Positions 44,876 through 54,276 are shown, counted from the stretch's first letter. The stretch: DNA of 64,000 nt from Tissierellia bacterium (GCA_012839745.1 DUMS01000018.1:17982-81981), one strand, 5' to 3'. Numbers and translations are program-made. Notes: generated from the sequence alone by a model not told the origin.

Positions 44876-45859
44876 ATGGACAATGTAAAGAAAATAAGGC
44901 TTGCAAATCTTCCTACGAGGATAGAAAAGCTGAACAGGTTAAGTAAAGAGCTGGGGAAAAATATATATGTTAAAAGGGATGATGAAACAGGCACAGAGAT
45001 TTCAGGCAACAAAGTGAGGAAGCTTGAGTATTCAGTAGCAGAGGCACTTAGCAGAAACTGCGATTATCTTATTACCTGCGGAGGAATTCAGTCAAACCAC
45101 TGTAGAGCCACTGCTGCAGTAGCAGCCAAGCTTGGAATGGGAGCATATCTGGTACTTAGAGGGAACGAAGATACTCCTGTAGAAGGAAACCTGTTCCTGG
45201 ATAGGATGCTGGGAGCAGATATTAAGTTTATAACTCCTGATGAATATAGATATGAAAGAATGAATATTATGAAGCGCATAAAGGAAGAACTGTATAGCCA
45301 AGGACACAATGCCTACATAATTCCTGAGGGAGCATCAAATGGAGTAGGCTCATTAGGATATATAAATGCAATGGAAGAAATACTGGAACAGGAAAGGGAA
45401 ATGGGAATTAAATTCGATGCTGTAGTTGTGACAGTAGGGTCTGGAGGCACCTTTTCAGGGCTTTATTATGGGAACTATGTAAATAACAATAGTGCTGCTG
45501 TATACGGGTTCAACATATGTGATACCAGTGAATACTTTAAGGATATAGTACTTGGACTATTAAAGGAAATATCAGATTATACAGGAAGGGAAATTAAGGT
45601 AGGCAAAGAGGACTTGAATATCATAGACGGATATCAGGGAAGGGGCTATGCCTTAAGCTGCGTGGAAGAAGTAGAATTCATAAATTATCTTGCAAAACTT
45701 GAAGGAATAATATTGGATCCAGTATATACAGGAAAGGCCATGTACGGGCTGGTGGAGGAAATTAAAAAGGGAACATTTGATGAGCATGAAAACATATTGT
45801 TCATCCACACAGGAGGGCTCTTTGGGTGGAATATGGACCAAAGGAGTCTGCTTAAATAA
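44876..45859 (+). CDS. dcyD: PLP-dependent D-cysteine desulfhydrase / ACC-deaminase family protein
   Basis: GNKVRKLEY (PLP Lys), TCGGIQSNHCRATAAVAAKLG, GSGGT, HTGG. Confidence 0.85.
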   Translation: MDNVKKIRLANLPTRIEKLNRLSKELGKNIYVKRDDETGTEISGNKVRKLEYSVAEALSRNCDYLITCGGIQSNHCRATAAVAAKLGMGAYLVLRGNEDTPVEGNLFLDRMLGADIKFITPDEYRYERMNIMKRIKEELYSQGHNAYIIPEGASNGVGSLGYINAMEEILEQEREMGIKFDAVVVTVGSGGTFSGLYYGNYVNNNSAAVYGFNICDTSEYFKDIVLGLLKEISDYTGREIKVGKEDLNIIDGYQGRGYALSCVEEVEFINYLAKLEGIILDPVYTGKAMYGLVEEIKKGTFDEHENILFIHTGGLFGWNMDQRSLLK

Positions 45860-45877
45860 TTGTTGAGGTGATTACAG

Positions 45878-46234
45878 TTGAAGAGGATACTGGTATTAGG
45901 TTTAATGCTTATGCTGTCTGTATTTCTACCTAGCTGTAGCGAAGAAGCTGCAACGGATACCATAGGCATAAGAGGCGAAATAAAGGAGATATATACTTCT
46001 GAGGATGGAACATCTATTACAGGGATTTTGGTTGAAGGCGAAGTTCAGGAGGACACAATGTATGACAGCGCAAATGTATCTATAGATGACAATACTGAAA
46101 TATATATGGGTGAAGAGAAAATAAGCGCTGAGGACCTTGAAACAGGGCTTATGGTAGAAGTTGTATTTGAAGGCCCTGTAGCAGAATCCTATCCTGTACA
46201 GGGTACTGCCAAAAAAATAACTATAATAGAATAA
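45878..46234 (+). CDS. Small lipoprotein (DUF3221/YobA-like)
   Basis: Lipobox FLPSC. TTG start 5 nt after GAGGTGA. Confidence 0.55.
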   Translation: MKRILVLGLMLMLSVFLPSCSEEAATDTIGIRGEIKEIYTSEDGTSITGILVEGEVQEDTMYDSANVSIDDNTEIYMGEEKISAEDLETGLMVEVVFEGPVAESYPVQGTAKKITIIE

Positions 46235-46249
46235 TGATGGGAGGGTACT

Positions 46250-46747
46250 ATGTTTAGGCTTGATCCAATAAAAAGCATGAATGAAGAGGAAAGGCTGAAA
46301 TATATGAATATGCTGTTAAAGGGGCAGTTAAGTTCAGAAAGGGACATTTTAGCAAACCTCTCCAATGCATCTGCAATAATAATGGCTTGTGTAGAAAGGC
46401 TTAACTGGGCTGGATTCTACATACTGAGGGGTGATGAGCTGGTACTTGGGCCATTTCAGGGGCTTCCTGCCTGCAACAGGATTAAAACAGGAAACGGGGT
46501 TTGCGGCACAGCAGTAGCTACAAGAAAAGTCCAGCTGGTACCTGATGTACACCAGTTTCCAGGGCACATTGCCTGCGATGCAGCTTCCAATTCAGAGCTG
46601 GTAGTGCCCATTATAAAGGAAGATAAGGTATATGGAGTACTGGATTTGGACAGCCCGGAAAAGGGAAGGTTTACAGAGCTGGAGAAGGAGTACTTTGTAA
46701 GGTTTGTGGATACATTAAATGAATATATAGATTGGGAAAGGATATAG
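46250..46747 (+). CDS. msrC: GAF-domain protein, free methionine-(R)-sulfoxide reductase (YebR/MsrC)-like
   Basis: NWAGFYIL..DELVLGPFQGLPACNRI..GNGVCGTA, VPDVHQFPGHIACD..SNSELVVPI, GVLDLDS. Confidence 0.8.
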   Translation: MFRLDPIKSMNEEERLKYMNMLLKGQLSSERDILANLSNASAIIMACVERLNWAGFYILRGDELVLGPFQGLPACNRIKTGNGVCGTAVATRKVQLVPDVHQFPGHIACDAASNSELVVPIIKEDKVYGVLDLDSPEKGRFTELEKEYFVRFVDTLNEYIDWERI

Positions 46748-46931
46748 GAGATTATTTGAAGGATTTTATATTAAGGAACTGTTTTTGTAAAGTATATAGA
46801 TAAACAAGGAGTTCTGCTATGGGAAATAAGGCATATTTACAAAGAACAAGTTTCCAATACAAGATTTATCAAGTATGAAAATCTTTCCGAAGTCAGTTTT
46901 TTATATTTGAAAATATGTATCATAGCAAAAA

Positions 46932-47100
46932 AGGCGTATAGATAAAGAAAAGGCTCGACTATGGAGAATTTGCCTGAAATATCCGGCGAAGTAAAACCAA
47001 AAGGTTTGCGACTTGAACGAAGTGAATTCGCAAACCGGTTTTACGAGCCGTGATATTTCGCAAATTCGGAATCGGAGAGCCGTTATTTATCTATACGCCT
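46932..47100. repeat. 169-bp long imperfect inverted repeat (extended hairpin; MITE-like element or structured RNA)
   Basis: Perfect 15-bp termini AGGCGTATAGATAAA / TTTATCTATACGCCT. Internal paired blocks GGCTC/GAGCC, GAATTTGC/GCAAATTC, GAAATATC/GATATTTC, CGGC/GCCG, GTAAAACC/GGTTTTAC and GGTTTGCGA/TCGCAAACC surround a 16-nt apical loop. Confidence 0.85.
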
Positions 47101-47103
47101 CTA

Positions 47104-48450
47104 TTATATCTCTCTTACTTCGATTATCTCCTGTATTACCTCGTATTCATGAGGATATACTGGCCTGTCTATGTATTCCATTTCTCCTATCTGATTATCA
47201 TAGGGGTCGTGTCTTAAGAACTTTCTTTCAGGATACAAGCCATAGTGGAATTCAGAATTGGCTACCATTCTGAAGGGGTCTAGATTTCCAAAGTAGAAGT
47301 TCCACCTCTTTTCACTGCCTTTTCTTAAAGCGGAGCCTCCAAAGGAAAGGTCGGCAAAGAGCCATCCATAGGGTTCTATGTAAAACTGGGCCCAGTCATG
47401 GCATCCTATGAAATTTGGATTGATAAAAAGCCCTGATTGCCATTTGGAAGGAATGTTTGCAATTCTGCACAGAGTAATGAAAAGAAGGGCTTGTACTCCA
47501 CAATCCCCCTTAAGGTTTAAGGCAGCATATTCAGGAATATTTGTAATGGCAGCATACTGCCTTACAAAGGAATACTGTACATTTTTGGTTATATAGTCGT
47601 ATATTTTTCTGGCTTTAATGAGGGGATTTTTTTCGCTGCCCGCTATCATATCAGTAAGTTCTACAAGATATGGCGTAAACCTTATTTGAGGCAGGCATTC
47701 TTCTGTATAAAAGCCTGGCTGATGGCTGGATACTTTATCTGGTGAAAGCTCATTGTACTTTATGTGGTTTTCATAGGAGTACTCTACTGTGAACTCATCG
47801 TTACCTTTAAGTATTTCCTCAAAATATATGGTCCTTTGAGGATAGTCTTCCCTTGATATGTATTTAGGCTTATGGCTGGTGTTCAACATCCTTATATTTT
47901 TTATTTGCTGTGCATTTTGGGGTATTGGAAGGTGAACCCTGATTTTTTCACCTTTTCTGATATGCTCCTCTTTTAATTTCAATCCTGTTTTTACATGAAT
48001 AAGGTATTTTACCTCTCCTTTTTCAATTATTTTATCAATTACTTCATCAAGCAGTTTAGAGTCGTCTTTCCTTGGATGCAAAAATCTATGTTTCATGTCC
48101 GTATTAACTTTTATGATATTGTTTAAAAAGCTTTTATGAAATGTTACCTTGCCATCAACATATATCCAGTCTATGTATCTTTCATCCTTTAAATATTGAA
48201 ATTCCTCTTCTGTCAGGTTTCTGATTTCATTTTTTGCTAGTTCCAGAGCTTCTTCATAGCTATATATGTAATCCTCTTTAAGCCTTCTTATCCTGTCCTT
48301 TTCAAATATCAGCCTGTCCTTCAATATTTGGGGCATGTTCCTCTTGAGAAATATATCAATTAATCTCAGGGATTCGTTGAAATCACCGCAGTACATGGTC
48401 TTTTTTATATCCTCGGGAAGGTCTATCATCAGGTATTCTAATCTGTTCAA
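47104..48450 (-). CDS. Transglutaminase-like cysteine-protease-fold protein
   Basis: Core GDCGVQALLFITLCR...CHDWAQFY...FADLS (Cys-His-Asp). TTG start after GGAGGGA. Confidence 0.8.
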   Translation of the reverse strand: MNRLEYLMIDLPEDIKKTMYCGDFNESLRLIDIFLKRNMPQILKDRLIFEKDRIRRLKEDYIYSYEEALELAKNEIRNLTEEEFQYLKDERYIDWIYVDGKVTFHKSFLNNIIKVNTDMKHRFLHPRKDDSKLLDEVIDKIIEKGEVKYLIHVKTGLKLKEEHIRKGEKIRVHLPIPQNAQQIKNIRMLNTSHKPKYISREDYPQRTIYFEEILKGNDEFTVEYSYENHIKYNELSPDKVSSHQPGFYTEECLPQIRFTPYLVELTDMIAGSEKNPLIKARKIYDYITKNVQYSFVRQYAAITNIPEYAALNLKGDCGVQALLFITLCRIANIPSKWQSGLFINPNFIGCHDWAQFYIEPYGWLFADLSFGGSALRKGSEKRWNFYFGNLDPFRMVANSEFHYGLYPERKFLRHDPYDNQIGEMEYIDRPVYPHEYEVIQEIIEVREI

Positions 48451-48618
48451 TTATATCCCTCCATGTCAAATAAAATTAATATTTGTTCATTGTATAAAAG
48501 TATTTTTTATTATATTATATATATGTTTGTGAGAAAACGAAAGAAAAAATGAGGTAAGCGAATTAATAGTACCTTAGTCATATAAAATGATACTTTACTC
48601 GTATATAAGCTATGGTAT

Positions 48619-48666
48619 ATAATATATATGGTATACGCACATCAAGAAACACACCAGATATAGTAC
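48619..48666 (+). promoter_or_regulatory. Candidate tandem NrdR boxes overlapping the RNR promoter
   Basis: ATAATATATATGGTAT (11/16) and ACACCAGATATAGTAC (12/16) against ACACTATATATAGTGT. Centres are 32 bp apart. Box 1 overlaps TATAAT at 48618-48623. Confidence 0.35.
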
Positions 48667-48678
48667 AGGGGGGATTTT

Positions 48679-50811
48679 ATGATTAAGGTAGAGAAGAGAA
48701 ACGGAATGATAGTAGATTTTGATGGCGATAAGATTGTAAAGGCCATCAGCAAGGCCATGGCGGAAACAGAAGAAGGTGTTGACGAGAAGGTAGCAAGGGA
48801 TATTGCCAGAAAGGCTTTCCAGCATTTTAGCAATACCGAGGTTGTGAATATAGAAAGTATTCAGGACTTCGTTGAAATAGAGCTTATGAAGGTTAAACCG
48901 GAGGTTGCTAAAAAATACATATTGTACAGGGATGAAAGAGCAAGGCTAAGAAAGCACGGCTGGGTAATGACTGACCTGCAAAGGGATATCTATGAGAAAA
49001 AATACAGGTATGACAATGAAAGCTTTGATGAGTTTCTAACCAGGGTAAGCGGAAATAATAATTTCATCAAAAAGGCCATAAAGGACAAGAAGTTCATGCC
49101 TGCAGGAAGGATACTTGCAGGAAGGGGACTGCATAAGCTGGGAAGAAAGATAACATTGTCAAATTGCTATGTAATGCCAAAGGTTGAGGACAACATAGAA
49201 TCCATATTTGATACTGCAAAGTATATGGCCAGAACCTATTCCTATGGAGGAGGAGTAGGACTTACTCTGTCAAAACTTAGACCAAAAGGAGCAAAGGTAA
49301 ACAATGCCGCCAGCACTACAACGGGTGCTGTTTCATTTATGGACCTGTATTCACTGGTAACAGGGCTTATAGGCATGAAGGGAAGGCGTGGAGCCTTGAT
49401 GCTCAATCTTGACTGCAACCATCCGGATATAGAGGACTTTATAGATGTCAAGAACGACTTAAAAAAGGTGAATTATGCCAATATATCAGTGAATGTAACA
49501 GATGAGTTCATGAAAGCAGTAATTGAAGACAAGGATTATGAGCTGTACTTTAAGGTAGAAGCTACTGGAGAGGAAATCAGAAGGACTGTAAGGGCAAAGG
49601 AGCTATTCAGGAAGATAGCTAAAAGCAACTGGAACATGGCTGAACCTGGAATACTGTTCATAGACAGGATAAACAGCTGGCATTTATTGAGTGAGGATGA
49701 GGAATTTGAGTTTGCAGGAGTAAATCCATGTGCTGAGGAGACATTGCCTGCCTGGGGCAGCTGTAACCTTTCCTCCATCAATCTAAGCGAATTTGTAAGG
49801 AATCCTTTCACTGAAAAGGCCAGATTTGAATTTGACAATTTTGCAGAAATGGTTAGAGAGGGAGTCATATACCTAAATGAAGTATTAGACGAAAACATGG
49901 AATTGCATCCATTGCCACAGCAAAGGGAAATGGCAAGGGAATACAGGCAAATTGGACTTGGGATTATGGGCGTTGCAGATATGTTCATAAAGATGGGAGT
50001 AAGGTACGGAAGTCCTGAATCCATAGAATTAATACATCAGATTGGAAAAGTCCTTATAAATGAGGCATTGAGGCAATCTGCGCTGTTGGCAAAGGCTTAC
50101 GGGCCATTCCCAAGATACAAGAAGGAAGCAGTTCTAAAATCCCCATTCCTCTTGGCAAATGCTAATGAAGTGGTGCTGGATTTGATTGAAAAGTATGGAT
50201 TGAGAAATAGCCAGCTGTTGACCATACCTCCTACAGGAAGCATTTCAACTCTGATAGGATGCAGCAATGGGCTTGAGCCAATATTCCAGATATCCTATAC
50301 CAGAAAATCGGAATCACTGCATCAGGAGGATACTTACTATAAGGTATTTACTCCTATTGTTAAGCAATACATGGAGAGAAATGGAATATCCAGAGAGGAA
50401 GATTTGCCTGATTTCTTTGTAACAACATCTAATCTGGACTATAAGGAAAGAATAGAGGTTCAGGCTGCATGGCAGCAGTATATAGATGCAAGCATATCCT
50501 CAACTGTAAATGTGCCAAAAGAGTTTACAGTTGATGAAGTGGAAGAGCTTTATATCTATGCATGGAAGAGAGGATTGAAGGGAATTACAATATATAGAGA
50601 AGGCTGTGCAAGGGACGGAATACTGATATCCAATAAGGCAAAGCTGACAAAGCTTGAAAGGATACAAAAGCTCCAGCAGGAGCTGGATGAGCTTCTAATT
50701 GAGCAGCTTAAGGAGGACCCAAATACATGTCCAATGTGCGGAGGTACCATGATTCACAGTGGAGGATGCTCCGAGTGTCAGGACTGCGGATACAGTCCTT
50801 GTTCAGTATGA
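48679..50811 (+). CDS. nrdJ: Adenosylcobalamin-dependent (class II) ribonucleotide reductase with N-terminal ATP-cone
   Basis: ATP-cone VEKRNG..V.FD..KI..AI, LSNCYV, NPCAEE, C-terminal Zn ribbon CPMCGG...CSECQDCGYSPC. Single chain of 710 aa with no adjacent beta subunit or activase. Confidence 0.85.
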   Translation: MIKVEKRNGMIVDFDGDKIVKAISKAMAETEEGVDEKVARDIARKAFQHFSNTEVVNIESIQDFVEIELMKVKPEVAKKYILYRDERARLRKHGWVMTDLQRDIYEKKYRYDNESFDEFLTRVSGNNNFIKKAIKDKKFMPAGRILAGRGLHKLGRKITLSNCYVMPKVEDNIESIFDTAKYMARTYSYGGGVGLTLSKLRPKGAKVNNAASTTTGAVSFMDLYSLVTGLIGMKGRRGALMLNLDCNHPDIEDFIDVKNDLKKVNYANISVNVTDEFMKAVIEDKDYELYFKVEATGEEIRRTVRAKELFRKIAKSNWNMAEPGILFIDRINSWHLLSEDEEFEFAGVNPCAEETLPAWGSCNLSSINLSEFVRNPFTEKARFEFDNFAEMVREGVIYLNEVLDENMELHPLPQQREMAREYRQIGLGIMGVADMFIKMGVRYGSPESIELIHQIGKVLINEALRQSALLAKAYGPFPRYKKEAVLKSPFLLANANEVVLDLIEKYGLRNSQLLTIPPTGSISTLIGCSNGLEPIFQISYTRKSESLHQEDTYYKVFTPIVKQYMERNGISREEDLPDFFVTTSNLDYKERIEVQAAWQQYIDASISSTVNVPKEFTVDEVEELYIYAWKRGLKGITIYREGCARDGILISNKAKLTKLERIQKLQQELDELLIEQLKEDPNTCPMCGGTMIHSGGCSECQDCGYSPCSV

Positions 50812-50873
50812 TAATGGAGAATTAATCTAATAGTTCTTGTATCTATTTAAGCACATTGAAGCGTGTTTATTAG

Positions 50874-50901
50874 AAAGGGGTGGTTTAACTCACCCCTTTT
50901 T
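50874..50901 (+). terminator. Intrinsic terminator after nrdJ
   Basis: AAAGGGGTG - 8-nt loop - CACCCCTTT, then TT. An extended -10 (TGgTATAAT, 50904-50912) for the next gene follows immediately. Confidence 0.7.
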
Positions 50902-50942
50902 AGTGGTATAATATCCTTATTACTTCCAGAAGGAGTATAAAT

Positions 50943-52334
50943 ATGACAAACATAGCAATAATTGAAGAGCTGCCCAAAATAATAAAAAAGGGAGAAGAAA
51001 GATTCCAGGAAATAGCAAACAGCTCTAATACAGATTATTTTTTATATGAAGAGATAATAGCTCCAAAGGGTCTGGGAGATAGCCACATAAACCAGTTCTA
51101 TCAGGGGGATAATTTATATGTCATGGAAAGGTTATTAAAAAATGGATTCAAGGGTAAAATAGACCTGATATATATAGACCCGCCCTTTATGACTAAATCA
51201 AATCAGGATGGAAGAGTAACAATTAACGATGGTGAAGAGGACCATGTAATAGAACATGTTGCTTATGAGGACAGTTGGGAAAAAGGCATTGTATCATATC
51301 TCAATATGCTATGCCCCAGGCTGTACCTGATGAGGGAGCTCTTGAGCCAGAAAGGGACCATTTATGTTCATTTGGACTATAGAGCTGTCCACTATGTAAA
51401 AATACTTTTAGACTGTATATTTGGGCAGGATAATTTTTTAAACGAAATAATATGGGCCTATAAATCCGGAGGAGTCAGCAAAAAGTACTATTCCAGGAAA
51501 CATGACAATATACTTGTATATACAAAATCAAAGGATTATATATTTAATCCTCAAAAGGAAAAATCCTACAACAGGGGCTTTAAGCCCTATAGATTTAAGG
51601 GAGTGGAGGAATATGAGGATGACCTGGGATGGTATACGCTGGTGAACCTGAAGGATGTATGGCAGATAGATATGGTAGGAAGAACCTCAGGGGAAAGGGT
51701 AGGTTATGCCACCCAAAAGCCAGAAAAGCTATTGGAAAGGATTATATTGACTTCTTCCTATGAAAACTCCATAGTGGCAGATTTCTTTGCAGGAAGCGGT
51801 ACTACAGGAATAGTTGCTGAAAGGCTGAACAGAAGATGGATCATGGCAGATAAGTCAATGCTGTCAGGCGTAACAGTTAAGAAGAGGCTTATAGAAAAAG
51901 CTTCTTCCTATAATGTTTATAGAACTTGTGCAAGGGATAAAGAGGTGGGAGAGCTGAAATTAAAAGTTGAAAGTATAAAAAAAATAGAAGGAATTTATGA
52001 TATTGTTATAGAATTAAATAGTTACAGTGTAAATTTGGAGCATTTGGACATTAGGAAGAAATACATACAGAAGATAAAGGATATACAGAATAGATGTTCT
52101 CTGGCACTAATTGACCTTATTGCATTGGATATAGATTATGATGGCCAGGTACCCAGGCTTAGCTTATATTGCACAAGGAACAGAAAAGCCGGGGGTTTTA
52201 ATCTGACTCTGAAGGATATTAGCTTAAGAGATGGGCAGAAGATGTATTTAAAGTATATAGATGTATTTGGCAGGGAAGGATTTAATGTTTATGAATTTAC
52301 AGATGGGAAGGTGATACTGTGTCAAGAGCGTTAG
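50943..52334 (+). CDS. Solitary beta-class DNA methyltransferase (N6-adenine type by DPPF motif) with about 150-aa C-terminal domain of unknown function
   Basis: Motif IV LIYIDPPF precedes motif I ADFFAGSGTTG by about 200 aa. NEIIWAYK and ATQKPEKLLERII blocks of the N6_N4_Mtase family. No restriction or specificity gene on either side. Confidence 0.85.
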   Translation: MTNIAIIEELPKIIKKGEERFQEIANSSNTDYFLYEEIIAPKGLGDSHINQFYQGDNLYVMERLLKNGFKGKIDLIYIDPPFMTKSNQDGRVTINDGEEDHVIEHVAYEDSWEKGIVSYLNMLCPRLYLMRELLSQKGTIYVHLDYRAVHYVKILLDCIFGQDNFLNEIIWAYKSGGVSKKYYSRKHDNILVYTKSKDYIFNPQKEKSYNRGFKPYRFKGVEEYEDDLGWYTLVNLKDVWQIDMVGRTSGERVGYATQKPEKLLERIILTSSYENSIVADFFAGSGTTGIVAERLNRRWIMADKSMLSGVTVKKRLIEKASSYNVYRTCARDKEVGELKLKVESIKKIEGIYDIVIELNSYSVNLEHLDIRKKYIQKIKDIQNRCSLALIDLIALDIDYDGQVPRLSLYCTRNRKAGGFNLTLKDISLRDGQKMYLKYIDVFGREGFNVYEFTDGKVILCQER

Positions 52335-53779
52335 AAGGATTGAATCCTGAAAGGGTGTTTTACTATTTTGAGGAGATATCCAAAATACCCAGATGTTCAG
52401 GAGATGAAAAGAGAATAAGCGATTATCTGGCAAGCTTAGGAAGGGAACTGGGACTTGAAACCATACAGGACGAAGCATTAAATGTCATAATCAAAAAGCC
52501 TGGAACAAAAGGCTATGAAAACAGCCCTACAGTAGTGCTTCAGGGGCATATGGATATGGTATGCGAAAAGGATGAAAATGTAGTCCATGATTTTTCAAAG
52601 GATCCTATTAGGCTTATAGTAGATGGAGATTATATAAAGGCAGACGGCACCACTTTAGGCGCTGATAATGGAATTGCAGTAGCCATGGCTTTGGCAGTAT
52701 TGGAATCCAAAGACATTCCTCATCCTCCACTGGAGGTATTAATAACATCCGACGAGGAAGCAGGCATGAATGGAGCCAAGAGGCTTGACCCCAGCAATAT
52801 AAGAGGCAAGATACTGATAAACATTGACTCCGAGGAAGAGGGCACCGTACTTGTAAGCTGTGCAGGAGGCCAGAGGAACCTGGTTACCATACCAATAAGC
52901 TGGGAGACTTTAAAGGAAGAAGGAAAGGCATATCTGTTAAAGACAAAAGGGCTTCAGGGAGGTCATTCAGGCTCTGATATAGATAAGGGAAGAGGAAATG
53001 CCAACAAGATAATTACAAGAATACTGGCATTTGCAAAAGATGAATGCGACATTAGGCTTGCTAAAATAGAAGGCGGCTCAAAGGCCAATGCAATACCCAG
53101 AAATGCCAGCGCTGTTGTAGTTGTAAAGGATAAGGACGAAGAATCTTTCCTTCAGGCAGTAGGCTATTTAAAAGAGCAGATTAAGAAGGAATTAAAATAT
53201 GGAGATCCGGACTTTGAACTGGAAGTAACAGCTTTGGACGAAAGGATAGAAAGGGTATTTTCAAAGGATAGCTTTAACAAGGTAATAGCAGCCCTTACCC
53301 TTATACCCAATGGAGTACAAACCATGAGCAGTGAAATAGAGGGACTGGTGGAAAGCTCCAATAACATGGCAGTAGTTATTACTCACGAGGATAAGGTTAC
53401 AATTGAATGCGCACTGAGAAGCTCTGTGGCATCATTGAAGGAAAACATTGCCATGAAGATAAAGGCTGTATCGGAAATAGTAAATGGAGAATATGAGAAA
53501 AGCGGGGATTATCCTGCATGGGAATTCAAAAAGGAATCTAAAATAAGAGAGATATTCCAAAAAGTATATAAGGAAATGTTTGGCAAAGAGTTGAAGGTAG
53601 AAGCAATTCATGCTGGTTTGGAATGTGGTCTCTTTGATGAAAAATTTGGTGGCACACTGGATATGATATCCTTTGGGCCAAACATGTATAATGTTCATAG
53701 CCCTCAGGAAAAACTAAGCATAACTTCTACTCAAAATACTTATAATCTATTGTTAAATGTTTTGAAGGAAATAAAATAA
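52319..53779 (+). CDS. pepD: Aminoacyl-histidine (Xaa-His) dipeptidase, M20C
   Basis: L.PERVFYYFEEISKIPRCSG, LQGHMDMV, GADNGIAVA, TSDEE.GM.GA. GTG start 5 nt after GGAAGGTG, overlapping the MTase 3' end by 16 nt. Confidence 0.9.
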   Translation: MSRALEGLNPERVFYYFEEISKIPRCSGDEKRISDYLASLGRELGLETIQDEALNVIIKKPGTKGYENSPTVVLQGHMDMVCEKDENVVHDFSKDPIRLIVDGDYIKADGTTLGADNGIAVAMALAVLESKDIPHPPLEVLITSDEEAGMNGAKRLDPSNIRGKILINIDSEEEGTVLVSCAGGQRNLVTIPISWETLKEEGKAYLLKTKGLQGGHSGSDIDKGRGNANKIITRILAFAKDECDIRLAKIEGGSKANAIPRNASAVVVVKDKDEESFLQAVGYLKEQIKKELKYGDPDFELEVTALDERIERVFSKDSFNKVIAALTLIPNGVQTMSSEIEGLVESSNNMAVVITHEDKVTIECALRSSVASLKENIAMKIKAVSEIVNGEYEKSGDYPAWEFKKESKIREIFQKVYKEMFGKELKVEAIHAGLECGLFDEKFGGTLDMISFGPNMYNVHSPQEKLSITSTQNTYNLLLNVLKEIK

Positions 53780-53791
53780 ATTGGGTATATA

Positions 53792-53821
53792 CTTTAATAT
53801 TATCTTAGGATAATATTAAAG
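53792..53821. terminator. Perfect 13-bp AT-rich hairpin after pepD (weak terminator candidate, no U-tract)
   Basis: CTTTAATATTATC - TTAG - GATAATATTAAAG. Confidence 0.3.
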
Positions 53822-53856
53822 AGTGATATATTATATATAAAGAGAGGAGAATTAAA

Positions 53857-54219
53857 ATGAATCATGACCACAACAATAACCATGACCATGAATGCGAACA
53901 TGATCATATAACTTTGACATTAGATGATGGTTCAGAAGTAGAGTGCCATGTATTGGGGACTTTTGAAGTTGACGATAATGAATACATTGCACTGTTGCCA
54001 ATAGGAGAAGAGGAAGTATATCTGTATAGATATGTAGAAGATGGAGATGAATTTGAGCTCATAAATATTGAAGATGATGAAGAGTTTGATGTTGTATCAG
54101 AAGCCTTCGATGAACTATTTAGTGATGAATACTATGATGACCTGGATGAAGACTATGAAGAATATGAGGATTATGACGAAGAATATGATGAAGAATATGA
54201 GGATGATTACGAAGAATAG
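53857..54219 (+). CDS. DUF1292-family acidic protein with His-rich N-terminus
   Basis: The core ITLTLDDGSEVECHVLGTFEVDDNEYIALLP...YLYRY...ELINIEDDEEFD is DUF1292-like. N-terminus MNHDHNNNHDHECEHDH. D/E/Y-rich tail. Confidence 0.75.
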   Translation: MNHDHNNNHDHECEHDHITLTLDDGSEVECHVLGTFEVDDNEYIALLPIGEEEVYLYRYVEDGDEFELINIEDDEEFDVVSEAFDELFSDEYYDDLDEDYEEYEDYDEEYDEEYEDDYEE

Positions 54220-54229
54220 ATAATAAAAA

Positions 54230-54263
54230 AGTACTTCAACTGAATAAGTTGAAGTACTTTTTT
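54230..54263. terminator. Strong intrinsic terminator (A-run/T-run flanked, potentially bidirectional)
   Basis: AAAAAAGTACTTCAAC - TGAATAA - GTTGAAGTACTTTTTT. Confidence 0.85.
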
Positions 54264-54276
54264 AAAAACAGAAAGG

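Noticed and set aside
47013-47273. 86-aa plus-strand ORF starting inside the long inverted repeat.
   Set aside because: It begins in the palindromic element and runs antisense into the transglutaminase-like gene. It has no RBS and its frame is an artefact of the repeat.
48451-48678. Cobalamin riboswitch upstream of the B12-dependent RNR.
   Set aside because: The intergenic region is only 228 nt and extremely AT-rich. It lacks a B12-box-like GCCACUG core.
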